A stretch of DNA of 63,560 nucleotides, filler included, from Octopus bimaculoides (GCF_001194135.2; 9 parts of 7 records of this genome joined end to end with filler, not necessarily neighbours in it); one strand, 5' to 3'. Positions 15,181-28,075 are shown, counted from the whole stretch's first letter. Numbers and translations: made by a program. Notes: generated by a model not told the origin, from the letters alone.

Positions 15181-15787
15181 GGATTTGAGCTCAGATCGTA
15201 AACAATCGGAACAAAGTTTTGATGATTTTTTTCAATACCAAAATTGCTTGGCTCTTGTTTTATTTTCTTTTATCTAGAGTGTGTTTATAAAAAAAAAAAA
15301 CTGTTTGATCTTCAAATATTTTCCTTTTTTTTAAATCTAAGACAGGAGGTCAATGCCTACGTCTTTTTAGATTTCACCAGATGTCTGACACGGGTGCTTG
15401 CAATTGTTTCAAGATCGCAATACTGTTCGTAATTTTTTTTTTCTACAGAGCTGTTGTATAATCTGTTGATGTTTCATGGTATATAAATTGATATACGTAC
15501 GGTAACGATATCTCTAAGTAGAGTAGGTGTTTCTCCGTTATTTGCTTTGTAATTTAAGTTATCCAAGTTGTTTTCATTTGCTTTCTTAATGGTAACATTA
15601 CTTTTCAGGAGAGTAGTAAAGGCGGCTGCGTAGTTGAAAATAGTGAGCGGTTAACATTACATTGCACCTTTATCAGCATTATTTTTATTATTGTTATTAT
15701 TATTGTCGTCCTCACCGTCACCGTCGTCGTTGTCATCATCATCATTATCATCACATCATCATCATCATCATCATCATCATCATTAAA

Positions 15788-16278
15788 GTGACAGTCAGGA
15801 ATGTTAGTGTGTTAGAAAAATTGCTTTGCTGTGTTTGTTCCGAGTCTTTACACTCTGAGAGTTCAAATTCCATCGAGGTCAACTTAGCCTATAATCATTT
15901 CAGTGTCGATGAACTAAAATACCAATCAAGTGCCACGGTCCAAGGTATCAATTCATACCCATGTCAACAGTCAGAACAACATCCCAACACAAACAATTAC
16001 CTCAGAATTTGTGATCTTGTGCCAAAATTTTTATTATTATTAACATTATTATTTTCATTATTGAAAGAGGTGTGTTGGCAGAATCATTAGCACGTCAAGC
16101 AAAATGCTTAACGGCACTTCGTCCTTCTTTACGCTCTGAGTTCAAATTCCGCTGAGGTTGACTTTGCCTTTCATCCTTTCGGGGTCGATGAATTAAGTAT
16201 CAGTGAAAGACTGGGGTCGATGCAAACAACTCACCCCCTCCCACCAAAAATGGCTGCCCTTTTGGCAAAATTTGAAAC

Positions 16279-16300
<22 letters not shown>
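15788..16300 (+). mobile_element. Two tandem SINE family A copies
   Basis: gagttcaaattcc...gaggtcaac/gttgactttgcc core twice, each with a (TTA)n tail. Confidence 0.75.
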
Positions 16301-16339
<39 letters not shown>

Positions 16340-17159
16340 NNNNNNNNNNNNNNNNNNNNNNNNNNNNNNNNNNNNNNNNNNNNTTAATTAATTAANNNNN
16401 NNNNNNNNNNNNNNNNNNNNNNNNNNNNNNNNNNNNNNNATATATGTATGTATGTATGTATATGTATATATATATATATTATGTAAATAGGGTAAAATCC
16501 AAACTGTGTCCACTTGAAGCACATCTGCTTATTTCAGTATTACAATGCAGTATGTAGATGCTGTTATTGTTGCATTGATTGACGGTACATATCAGAGTTT
16601 TCTAGAAATATTGTTTGCAGAGTTAAAAACTTTGTAATTCTTATTAGTAAAGGAAACATGTGTAATGGTGAATAACTAATATCAAAGAATTTTCTAACTT
16701 CATGTTTTGTTACGCATACACACACACAATATATAAAAGTTTATGTGTTTGTATGTCCCTATGTTTGTGTTTGTCCCCCACCACCATGCACTAGTTGACA
16801 ACCAGTGTTGGTTTGTTTACATTCCTGTAATTTACCAATTCAGCAAAAGAGAGCAATAGAGGAAGTACAAGACTTAAAATATAAATACTGGCGTCAATTA
16901 GCTTTTAGTAGAAAGTGGGTTATACATCTTTAGATTGTATACCTGACTTTCTACTATAAAATTGAAGAAATAGACGGAACGCTGAACTCCAGACTAAACA
17001 ACTTAAACAACATTTATTTACTTGGTAAAACATACATATCTTTTAGTTATACATCTTTAGAGGTGAGAATAACGAGCTGTCGAGTGTAAGACCGAAAGAT
17101 GTAGAGACAGCTTTTAAACACACGTCCATGCTCAATCGCTGGCCAGCGTGAAAGAGAAT

Positions 17160-17225
17160 GAATTGAGCGGGAAACGCTTGCTTGTTTTATTCTACGCATG
17201 CGCAGGCGTTACTACAAGCTTGAGC
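17160..17225. promoter_or_regulatory. Putative housekeeping-type promoter
   Basis: GCGGGAAA (E2F-type, 17167-17174), ACGCATGCGCA (NRF1/Ewg-type, 17194-17204) and ACTACA (17211) cluster in a locally CpG-rich island (about 16960-17210) within CpG-poor DNA. Confidence 0.55.
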
Positions 17226-17387
17226 AAACCCTTCAGAGCAGTATCTCAGCATGGTTGCAGTCTAGTGAATGAAACAAGTGAAAGACACAAGATAACAGAT
17301 ATATTAGAAAATACTGATGTAGACGTGAATATGGGTGCAGAAAATACCCCTTACATAGGGATATTTCCCTTGATGTATTACATATAG

Positions 17388-17600
17388 TAAGGTGGCAAGC
17401 TGACAAAATTGTTAGCATGCCGGGCAAAATGCTTAGCAGTATTTTGCCCGTTTTTACATTCTGACTTCAAATTCCACTGAGGTTGACTTTGCTTTTCATC
17501 CTTTTGGTGTCGATAAATTAAGTACCAGTCAAGTACTGGGGTTGATGTGATCGACTTACAGCCCACAAATTTCAGGCCTTGCGCCTATTGTAGAAAAGAT
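17388..17600 (+). mobile_element. SINE family A copy
   Basis: Colinear with the family consensus seen elsewhere in the window; CpG-decayed. Further copies at 18503-18720(+), 22845-22975(-), 30005-30205(-) and 46625-46830(+). Confidence 0.8.
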
Positions 17601-19997
17601 TATTTATATATAGCATTAATTTTTATTTAATGCTTATGTTGCCATGCTAGCATGGGTTAGATGAATACATATAACAGAAGCATTGTCTTATAACTAGATA
17701 CTTTTCCTGTGGCTAGTATACATGTGTGTATGTGTGTGTGTGTGTGTGTGTGTGGTACTTATATTCTCTGCTAAGCTGAACTATGGATGGTATTTTTTGA
17801 TGACATTTCCCAGTCAACAAATCATCTGAAAGCTCTTTGTTTCCAAAGACATAAGGAATAAAAATCCCTTTGGGTTAGGGTTTAGTGATAGGACTAAAAC
17901 CCCATTTAGGTAAGGTTAGTGACCAGAAAGACATCTAGATTGCCATAATAATATGTATTTGTCTAACAACCAGATGCTCTTCCTGCTGTCAACTTTCATA
18001 TGTTTCCAAGTAATGCAATATATTCCCAAAGCTAGACATAATTTTCATAGAAGACTGGAAATGAACCACCTTGTTTGTCTAATGATGTATGAGTTAAACT
18101 AGCTAAAACAGTGTAGATATAGATTGCTTTATTAATATGTATTTGTCTAATTCGTGCTAGCATAGATAAATGGATGTATGGTGGGGGCTTGTACAGTTTC
18201 TATTTACCAAATCTACCCACAAAACATTGGTTAACCTGGGACTACAGTAGAAGACACTTGCCCAGCTTGATAACAGTGGTTGGTTTGTTTATTAGTGGTT
18301 TGGTGAAAATGTAGATTAAGTACCAGACTTGATAAAAAGTAAAAAATAATTACTGGTATCAATTTGTTCAACTTTTGAAGATTGTACCCCACCATGGCCA
18401 CAGTCCAAAGACTGAAAGACATAAGAGAGTAAATATTATATATGAGATGTGTCACTTAATGGCTTTACAATAAACATTAGTGCTCAATATTCTCTTGCAA
18501 TAAGGCGTTGAGCTGGCAGAATTGCTAGCATGCCAGGTAAAATGCTTAATGATTTTTCATCCATTTTCATGTCCTGTGTTCAAATTCTGTGAAGGTTGAC
18601 TTTGCCTTTCATTGTTTAAGGGTCGATAAAATAAGTGCCAGTTGAATACAGGGGTCAAAGTAAACAACTTATACACTCCCCTGAAATTGCTGGCCTTGTG
18701 CCAAAATTTGAAATCAATAAAATTCTCTTGCAAGTAAGAGTATAAAAATCGGTATATGTATATTTGTAGTATAGTGTCTATATTACAACAAGATCATGGT
18801 TTCATGACGAATAGATATTGATCTGAATAGATATCCATGATCAATGTTAGATGCAAACAGAAGTGGTGGGTGGCTTAGCTCAGTGTTACACTAGTGACTC
18901 TATGATTCAGTATTTTCCTTTTCACGAAGAAGAATTCATAAATTCTATTGTGTAACCTCAGCTCAGTCATGTGGATATGGCAGTGAATTGATATTAGATA
19001 AGATTATTTTTTTTTGTTTTTTTTTAGCTTCAAAGTGTAGAATAAAATATATTTTCTGTCAATCAACTATTGAAAGTTTTTTTTTTTTTTTAACTCATAT
19101 CCAAGGGAGATTACTCTGTCCAAAACTAATCGTGTCTCGTTTTTATTTTTCTTTGCCGAACATAACTTGGGGTATTGATATGTTGTTTTACGTAGATCAA
19201 TACTAGAACTAGCTGATACGCTAGTCTAATCTGCTGTTAAACATGATCTCAGCGAAGTTTATATAAGAAAGTAAAGCTGTACATACTGCCGATTTTGGAT
19301 GATAAATAAAATTATTTTCCATTCAATATCAATAAACAGAGTATGGATTAGGATGAACTTTTTTGACAATTGCAGTTATTTTCCATTACTATCTGAATTT
19401 ATAGTAATTTTGCATTGAGTTTTTTCATTATTTGCATAGGGTTAGGTTAGGGTGCCGTAACTAAGCTGATATTGAATGTGTAAATGTCTGGTATAACATA
19501 CTATCACTAAGATTATAATTTTCTTGTCTATCAACCTCGTCGTTATTTCGATGAGGTTTATAGACAGTCTGATCTCAAATCGTTATCAGGTGTCTTATTC
19601 TTGGATTTCATAGCTATACAGTCCCAGAGAAAATTAAAGAATTTTTATATTTCTAAACTACACTTAGTTTAGAAGTATAAAGATTCTTTCTTAAACACTG
19701 ACACACTGAAAGGAACTGTTATTATTAAGATGATAATTTTCAGTCCATTAACGACATCTTTGGATTATATATTTAAAACGATTTATACCTACACTATTTT
19801 AATTAGTTTAACTCATACATCATTATGTATATAAGTCTGTTCATTTCCAGTCTTCTATGAAGATCATGTCTAGCTTTGGGCAAATATTATCTTGCTTGGA
19901 AACTGGTGTGGTTTGGCAACAGAAAGAGCATCCAGTTGTAGAAAATCTGCCGCAATGAATTCCATCTGATCTATGCAAGCATGAAAAAGTGAACGTT

Positions 19998-20031
<34 letters not shown>

Positions 20032-20090
20032 GGTGGTGGTGGTGGTAATGGTGATGATGGTGATGGTGATGATGATGATGGTGATAGTGG

Positions 20091-20125
<35 letters not shown>

Positions 20126-20243
20126 CATCTATCTCTCTTATATTTTATGTCAGCTTTGTATTGACTGATAATGCAATTGTGTNNNNNNNNNNTGGTGGTG
20201 GTGGTGGTGGTGGTGGTGGTGGTGGTGGTGATGATGATGATGG

Positions 20244-20278
<35 letters not shown>

Positions 20279-20707
20279 CATCTATCTCTCTTATATTTTA
20301 TGTCAGCTTTGTATTGACTGATAATGCAATTGTGTATTTTCTGAGATGATGAATTTTGGTTATATTATGTATTAGTTAGAATAGTGTCTTCATCTTGGTT
20401 GTTGCTTTTCACTACAGAGCCAACATAAGACATCAATGGTGGTTTATAAGCCTTAAAAATTCTCTCTGACACTACCTAAGGCATAGCATTGTGGATAAAA
20501 GCACTAGTCAGTGTAGTGCAGTCACCTAGAGGTGCTGAGTTCAATCCGAGGCAAGGCACTAAGGTGAATCACAAGACACATCTGAAGAAAGCTGGAGCAT
20601 ACGTTGCAGAAAAGTCGTGAAAAGCAACAACTCAGATGCGGATACCCCTATGACTAATACATAATATTAATTGTCAAAAACTATTTTTAAAAAGTGAAAC
20701 AAAAAAC

Positions 20708-20899
20708 CTTTGGGGATTTGAAGACATAGGTCTGTTTGAACCTGTTGATGTCAGATATCAACAGAGAACTGTTTGGGCAACTGCTGGATGAAATGATGGC
20801 ACCATTCTCTGGCAGATATTTCACCTGTCGGATCATCTCGGAGTGGAGTGCAGGTAGACAGGTATATCTCACCCACTTGGAATGTTGAGATTTCAAATC
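20708..20899 (-). CDS. EF-hand/WD40 protein, last recognisable exon (WD40 repeat)
   Basis: tattcgcag|DLKSQHSKWVRYTCLPALHSEMIRQVKYLPENGAIISSSSCPNSSLLISDINRFKQTYVFKSPK|gttttt; 192 nt. LHSEMIRQVKY matches the GH-position of a WD40 blade. The donor is weak. Confidence 0.88.
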
Positions 20900-21129
20900 C
20901 TGCGAATAAAGGAAAGTTGGAAATGTACTGCTGAAGAAATGTGTTATGACAATGATGATGGTGATGATGATGATGACAATGGTGAGGAAGATGATAATGA
21001 TGGTGATCTTCCTCATCTTCATTGTAACCATTTTTAATATTGCTGTTCTCGCAACCACTGCCAGCACACCCACCCCTACTGTAACCACCACCACCACCAC
21101 CACCACCACCACCACCATCACTACCATAT

Positions 21130-21400
21130 ATTATAAAGCATTTGTACTTTATCATGAGTTTATAAGTTTATCAAGTTGTCAGGAGTTGGGTTATTATCAA
21201 AGGCTTAGGTATTATGAAGTCATTATGCTGCAAAGGAACTACATTGTATCAAAGGTTTAGAAATTATCAAAACTTCAAACATTATCAAGGAATTTGACAA
21301 TATGCAAGGTTTATACATTACCAAGGGTCTCTTTATTATCAAGGATCTTGATATCATTACAGGTTTAGATATTATCAACGACCTTACTTTTATTAAAATC
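21130..21400. repeat. Degenerate ~19-bp tandem array (acattatcaagggtttag)
   Basis: ttatcaa(a/g) recurs about every 18-20 nt; a second block of the same motif lies at 22090-22375. Confidence 0.65.
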
Positions 21401-22441
21401 TAGCTCAAAAGCTGCCCTATCAGGTGGATTTTAAGCTAGCTCCTGTGGAAGGCTCTTCATTAACCCTTGAGCCCAACAATGACATTTCAAGCATTGAATA
21501 CATATTAAATTTTATTAAACTTGGCCAATATTTTTCAAGTAATGAACAATTTTCATCAAAACAATAATAAAATTTGTCGACTTGGAACTTATTGCAAAGC
21601 TGAATGATAAATAACATATTTTGTCTTGCTATTCAGGGGTCAGTACAATTTTTTTTCTGTCTAACCTCTTTCGTTCTCTCTCTCTCTCTCTCTCTCTCTT
21701 TCTGTTGATTGTTTTCAACCATCACCAGCACCAGTACTACCACCATCGCCACCACAACTGCCATACACACACCATTCAAACTTTTGACACCACCGCCATC
21801 AATATCTTTGACTTCACCACCTTCCTCTCTGCCACCATCACCAATGTCTTTCCCATTGCTTACTATCACCATCGTCCCTGACTACCTCAGCTACCACCAC
21901 CACCACCATCATCACTATCTCTTTCCCTCTATCACAACTACAGCTCATACTATTACTATCACTCCATTACCATTACAACTGTCAATCTTCTACTGCCCTC
22001 ACTGTCTCTATGTCTACTATTACTTTCACCCCATCATGAGGAATAGTAGAAATGTCATTGCGACACACTAATACACAGAAATTCGTTTTGGCATTTATTA
22101 TTATAGATGTCAATACTTTATCAAGAATCTCTATATTATCTCTATATTGTTCTAACATTATCAAAAATAGACATTACAGAGTCACTAGACATTATAAAGG
22201 GTCTTTGATATCATCAAGGATCCAGACATTATCAAAAGTTTATACATTGTCTGGAATCAAAGCCTCACGAAGGGTTTAAACATGATAGTCTAAATATTAC
22301 CCAGACCGTTAGTAAGTACTAAAAGGCTAGAGATAATCATTGGTTTAGTTACTATCAAGGGATCAAAGAATACCAAAAAGAGAAAGAGAGCAAAACAAAT
22401 AGAGAAGGGGAAAAATGATGAAGATTAAGTTGAATGCTCAC

Positions 22442-22579
22442 CTGTATGAAGACCTTCAGAGCTCCGGGTTCATTTTTAAAAGGGGTCTCAAAGAGCTGAG
22501 TAACTGGCTTTTTAAAGTAGAATAATCCAAGAGTTCCAGAATCCAAACCACACACCAATAGAGATTCACTGTTTAAGTT
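22442..22579 (-). CDS. EF-hand/WD40 protein exon
   Basis: tttcctgcag|NLNSESLLVCGLDSGTLGLFYFKKPVTQLFETPFKNEPGALKVFIQ|gtgagc; 138 nt, phase 0-0. Confidence 0.9.
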
Positions 22580-23623
22580 CTGCAGGAAAGATAAATATAA
22601 TTTATATTTTACATATGGTTTGCACCACAGAGCGTTTTCTTCATTAGCTGTTGACTGAAAACAAAAAGGTTTTTAGTGCCTTTCAATAATATTGACCCCC
22701 TCCTCCTCAGTGCTGTCAAGCAGTATTGAAGCTACCAGTGAATGCCCAGGTGTTTTGGTTCAACTAAAAACTGATTCTCAAAGACTTATTTCTGCTACTC
22801 ACATGCATACATGAATACATATCTATATAAATATGATACTTATTTTATTAATCCTGAAAGGATGAAAGGCAAAGTCGACCTCAGCAGAATTTGAACTCAG
22901 AACATAAAGACTGATGAAATACCGCTAAGCATTTTGCCTGGTGTGCTAATGTTTCTGCCAGCTTGCCACCTTGGTGATAATATTGACAGGAAGTTTAACA
23001 TCTCTTAGACCAGTGGTTCCCAAACTTTTTCTCATTTAATAGCTACCATGCAAAGTCAAGGTAAAGAGACAGTAACAAATGTACACACATGCACACAAAT
23101 GCATGTGCATGCACACTTATGCATGTGCATACACACATGCATGCACAGACACACACACACATACACACATACACACACATACACATACACAGGCTTCTTT
23201 CAGTTTCCATCCACCAAATCCATTCACAAGGCTTTGGTTGGCCTGGGGCTATTTTCAAAGACACTTGCCCAAGCTACCATACAGGGGGATTGAACTCAAA
23301 GCCATGTGGTTGGGAAGCAGATTTCTTACCACACTGCAAAATATAGAAAATATTTCTGATGATGAGCATGAATATTTCAACAAAAAGCATATTAATGGAT
23401 CATTTCCTACAAAACTTCTGGCAAATGGAAATACAATCAAAGCACACATTTGGTAATGTTGGTCTATTCAACAATTATTCACCCAGGACAAGACAATACT
23501 AACTTCACCGTCACCACTTCCACCACCACCACTGCCGCCGCCGCTGCCGCCACCACCACCACCATCACCACAACCACATTACTATTTCTGAAGCCCATAA
23601 CAGTGAAGGATATGAATACTTAC

Positions 23624-23670
23624 TGCTTTGTCAAACCAGTAGTCAAAACAATATGGCACATCAGACATTC
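23624..23670 (-). CDS. EF-hand/WD40 protein, 47-nt exon
   Basis: tttttctatag|(G)MSDVPYCFDYWFDKA|gtaagt; phase 1-0, exactly bridging the flanking exons. Confidence 0.9.
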
Positions 23671-24153
23671 CTATAGAAAAACAAAATTTTTATAATGAAG
23701 ATATATTCATTTGTTGTTTGTAATTTCAAAGATTCTGTGAGATGAAAATACAAAATCATTAGATTTAATCATTTGGTTTTATGATTTTTACTTGGGAATC
23801 CTTGAGAAATAAATTGTTCATTTTTTTGAAGATTTGATTTTTCTCTCAGTTGCTTGTTTTATGACAAATGGTCTATGTAAGTATTATTACACACACCCCT
23901 GCTTGCCAGCTCTTGTCACATTGTCTAACCCATACTGGCATAGACAACAGACATTAAATGATAATGATAAAGATGATGATGATGAAGAATGAATGCATAA
24001 GATGATCCAAAAGTCCCTTTGGTATTAACATAAACCAGCTAACAAATAAGGTCACTTAAGTCTCTTGATTCTTTCATTATTACATTTCTACTGAAATACT
24101 CTGCTTTTGTTTCAAGTAATTTTGAAAATATAGAAGGATTTAGTAAAATACTT

Positions 24154-24445
24154 GGATCTTTTTTAAAACGGGGGCCACATTTTTCATTAATGTTTTACGT
24201 AGTGTTTTTGGTACCGAAAGACTTTCAAACTTCGTATACTTATCTATTTTGTGTTATAGAACAGAAAAATATTTTTGTATTCGAATTTATTTCATGTAAA
24301 AAATTGTCTTATTTCGATAATTTCAACCAATCACTGACGTCCATTCAGCCGATATACATTAAGTGCCGACTACATAAACAAACGATTCTTCGTTTTATTT
24401 GCTTTTTTCATTTTAAATTTGCTTTAACCCTAACCCTAACCCTAA
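24154..24445. mobile_element. Second copy of the telomeric-palindrome MITE (runs into gap)
   Basis: Same TIR at 24154; arm is the reverse complement of 28746-28920; ends in (AACCCT)n at the gap. Confidence 0.88.
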
Positions 24446-24965
24446 NNNNNNNNNNNNNNNNNNNNNNNNNNNNNNNNNNNNNNNNNNNNNNNNNNNNNNN
24501 NNNNNNNNNNNNNNNNNNNNNNNNNNNNNNNNNNNNNNNNNNNNNNNNNNNNNNNNNNNNNNNNNNNNNNNNNNNNNNNNNNNNNNNNNNNNNNNNNNNN
24601 NNNNNNNNNNNNNNNNNNNNNNNNNNNNNNNNNNNNNNNNNNNNNNNNNNNNNNNNNNNNNNNNNNNNNNNNNNNNNNNNNNNNNNNNNNNNNNNNNNNN
24701 NNNNNNNNNNNNNNNNNNNNNNNNNNNNNNNNNNNNNNNNNNNNNNNNNNNNNNNNNNNNNNNNNNNNNNNNNNNNNNNNNNNNNNNNNNNNNNNNNNNN
24801 NNNNNNNNNNNNNNNNNNNNNNNNNNNNNNNNNNNNNNNNNNNNNNNNNNNNNNNNNNNNNNNNNNNNNNNNNNNNNNNNNNNNNNNNNNNNNNNNNNNN
24901 NNNNNNNNNNNNNTGTTTATTTATATTGCTTTGAATTAATCATGCATTATCTTGGAAGTTTAGAG

Positions 24966-25323
24966 CAGTGGCTCCCAAACTTTTTAGAGACGTGACCCAC
25001 TATTTATGACACCAGTTTATGGCGACCCACTTAACTCTACTGGGTAAAAAACATTAATGAAAGAAACAAATTTATTTCAGATTACATTTTCATTGAGGCC
25101 TGTGAGAAGGATGAGCCTGTTTCTTGCTATGCTCAATAATAGAATTAAAAAAGCCTACTGCTTGATAAAACAACCAGTCTGGTATTGAAAACCTAAGTCT
25201 TGAACTATCTCGATAGACAGCAGTTAATCAAAGCTAATGCGTAATTTCATAACTTTTTGCGACCCACTAGGATTCCATTCGCGACCCATCAGTGGGTCAC
25301 GACTCATAGTTTGGGAACCACTG
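24966..25323. mobile_element. hAT (Charlie-type) MITE
   Basis: TIRs cagtggctcccaaact / agtttgggaaccactg; perfect 8-bp TSD gtttagag. Confidence 0.9.
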
Positions 25324-25829
25324 GTTTAGAGAGTTCAAAGATGTGATTGTCTAGTTTTAGAGTAGCATTGTAGTGTTGAGGTGAGAGGTGGATTTGGTCA
25401 GTTTCAATGTAAAACAAGTTAAATATGATGGCCAGTTTGAATGCTAAAGAGTTAACCAGGAAGTTTATATCATAGAACCAGGTTGATATCAAAAGGATTT
25501 AACATAGGGATCATCTCCCCGCTCTCAATCTCTTCTTCATATCTCCTATCTCCTCACCACAAGTTTCATCCCACTGCTTCTTACAACCTTCACCCATCCT
25601 TCACCCATCTCACTGTATTCATTAATCACTCCTCTTGATCCCAGTCTGCCTGTTGACTGCTATGGTTCAGGGATATCAGGGTAGCTGGTATACTAACTAC
25701 CCTACCATTCATACAGCCAGCAGCCAGGATTACCCCAGGCAGTTGAAACATGCCCTGATAATTGAATATTATTACTATTATATTGCATTGTTTTTAGGAC
25801 GATAATTATCCTAAATTAATTATTTTCTT

Positions 25830-26320
25830 GGTAAAATAATCATGGAAAGATTAAGGAATTTAAGATTTCCCTGGGAGCTCTAAGGAAGAAGTACAATTGT
25901 CAGAAATATAATCATAGAAGGGTTGAAATTCCTGAGAGGCTACTGGGAAGAATTACATTTCTTAGAAATGGGATGATGGAAGTGTTAATTTTCCATTTGA
26001 GGACCCCTTGATATCTACTGGGAGAATTACATAAATATAATTATGGACAGGTTAAGGATCTCTCAAAAGTTTCTGAGAGGAATGACATTTCTTTTCTTTA
26101 AAATATATGATCAAAGAATGATAGAGACCCTTAAACATTAAGAGTCTCTTCGGGATTATGGTGAGGAATTGCTTTAGAAATATGATAATGCAAAAATTAA
26201 TGGCTCCTTAGGATTTACTGGGAAGAAATACATTTGATGCTAAAAATATAACCATGGAAGTATTAAGATTCCTTCCCAAGTTAAGGGTCTTTTGTGGGGT
26301 GCTGAAAGCAATTATATTTC
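25830..26320. repeat. Degenerate ~65-bp tandem repeat
   Basis: Repeated aaatataa(t/c)catggaag..ttaag and tactgggaagaattacattt motifs, about 7 units. Confidence 0.6.
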
Positions 26321-26371
26321 TTGTCTCTATAGGATTAAAACAAAATAAATATTAAAAAAAAATGTTCTTAC

Positions 26372-26600
26372 CAAAGAGATGGAACTCTTCAAAGAAATGG
26401 CTGGTGGAGATATCATAAAATCTTAGCTCCCTGCTGCTGGTGCCCACCACAATTTTGTTGCAGTTGTTCATGTAGATGGCATCAGTGACCCATTTCTTAA
26501 ACCTTCTTTTGGTACCAGTTGACTCCACTTTGTCATTGGCTGTTATGTCATAGGATCGATCAAGTTGCATGTTTGGCGTCCACACACTGAAGGCTCCTTC
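26372..26600 (-). CDS. EF-hand/WD40 protein, WD-like exon
   Basis: tcgtag|EGAFSVWTPNMQLDRSY...KKWVTDAIYMNNCNKIVVGTSSRELRFYDISTSHFFEEFHLF-g|gtaaga; 229 nt, phase 0-1. The acceptor is weak and lies 24 nt from a 10-N gap. Confidence 0.9.
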
Positions 26601-26836
26601 CTACGAGTGTGTATGTTTGCGTGGNNNNNNNNNNAATGATACGTATACAGCTAAATAACTAGATAAAGGAACATACATACATACATATATACATACATAC
26701 ATATGTATATATATATATATACATATATATATATAATTATAAAATCTGGTAATTATTCATATATTAATCAATATCGATTAATTATCAGGAGGCCAGCACA
26801 TCTAAAGAATCAAAACGTTAGTGGTCGACGTTATTT

Positions 26837-26868
<32 letters not shown>

Positions 26869-28075
26869 GATAGATAGATTGCTGACATCATAAGGATTTT
26901 ATAAACTTTCAAGAGTACATGAAATATTTCTTCTTTGGAATAGCATATCTTAAAGCACACAAAAGCTATAAATAATAGCACTTAAATATTGAATTGAAAA
27001 TCCCTTTTGGGTAGAAAAATTGATGGAAACCTTGAAAAGCTTTACTCAAGTGAATCAGCTCCAGTACTTATTTTCTTTTAAAACCAGCACTTATTCTATC
27101 AGTCTTTTATGTCAAACCACTAAGTTACCAGGAAGTAAACTTAATAATACAGCACTTAAAACATGTAGTGAATATTGAATATTTGCATTAACAGCTTGAT
27201 TCAGATTTGAATTTCTAAAAGTTTTGCAAAAACAGGGAGCATGTCTGATCATTCATTCCGTGGTGCTGAGAAAAAGGCAGCCTGAAGATTCACTCAGTTT
27301 GGTATCATGAATGTTTATCTTTCCATGATGAAATTCATCCAACTGAAAGCCTTGGACTAAAGGAAGCAATTCACTAGGATTAGCAACAATGATGTTAAAA
27401 TAAAGGTGCACACTGGGAAGTCACTTTTATATCATGAAGACTCCAAATAGGTAAAAAAAAGGTAATTTCCTGCTTGACATCACTATGGGAGTATGAAACA
27501 GGGCTGGGGTTGTGGATCCTAGATTTATTCAGGACACCTCGAGAAGTCCACATCCTGTCACAGCTCATGTTTCTACAATGCCCTAACGATCTCAAACAAT
27601 ATGAATGGCCACACTATAAATACGAAGAAATTAATTGGAATTATCAAGGAGTTATGTTTAAACATATATATCACCATTAACCTAATAACTGTCAACTTCA
27701 TGAACATTACTTTAGACTACAAACCAAGCAATGACAACCATGAGAGATCATAAAGTTTTATGGGAATTCCAAACACTCCTAGCTATAATTAGGAACTTAG
27801 TAGAAGTTAATTCTTGAAGAATCTCAATGTTCTCCTCATGGAATCTTCAACGAAGCTACACTCCATTTCAGAGAGGCATTGGCAAGGAGTGAATTGATAG
27901 ACTGGGTTATCTTGTGGTATTTGTTCTGGCTTTTGCAACCTAAATTTTCTTCCCAATCATGTTATTTTGAGTTCAGTTCCATTGTGTAGCAAGTTAAATA
28001 AGTGTCTTGTACTATAGCCTTAAGCCAACTGGAGCCTTGTGAGTGGATTTCATTGATAGAAAGTGAAGGAAACTC

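Noticed and set aside
20020-20340. Direct repeat around a short N run (also 41461-41820)
   Set aside because: Same signature of an unmerged overlap at a microsatellite.
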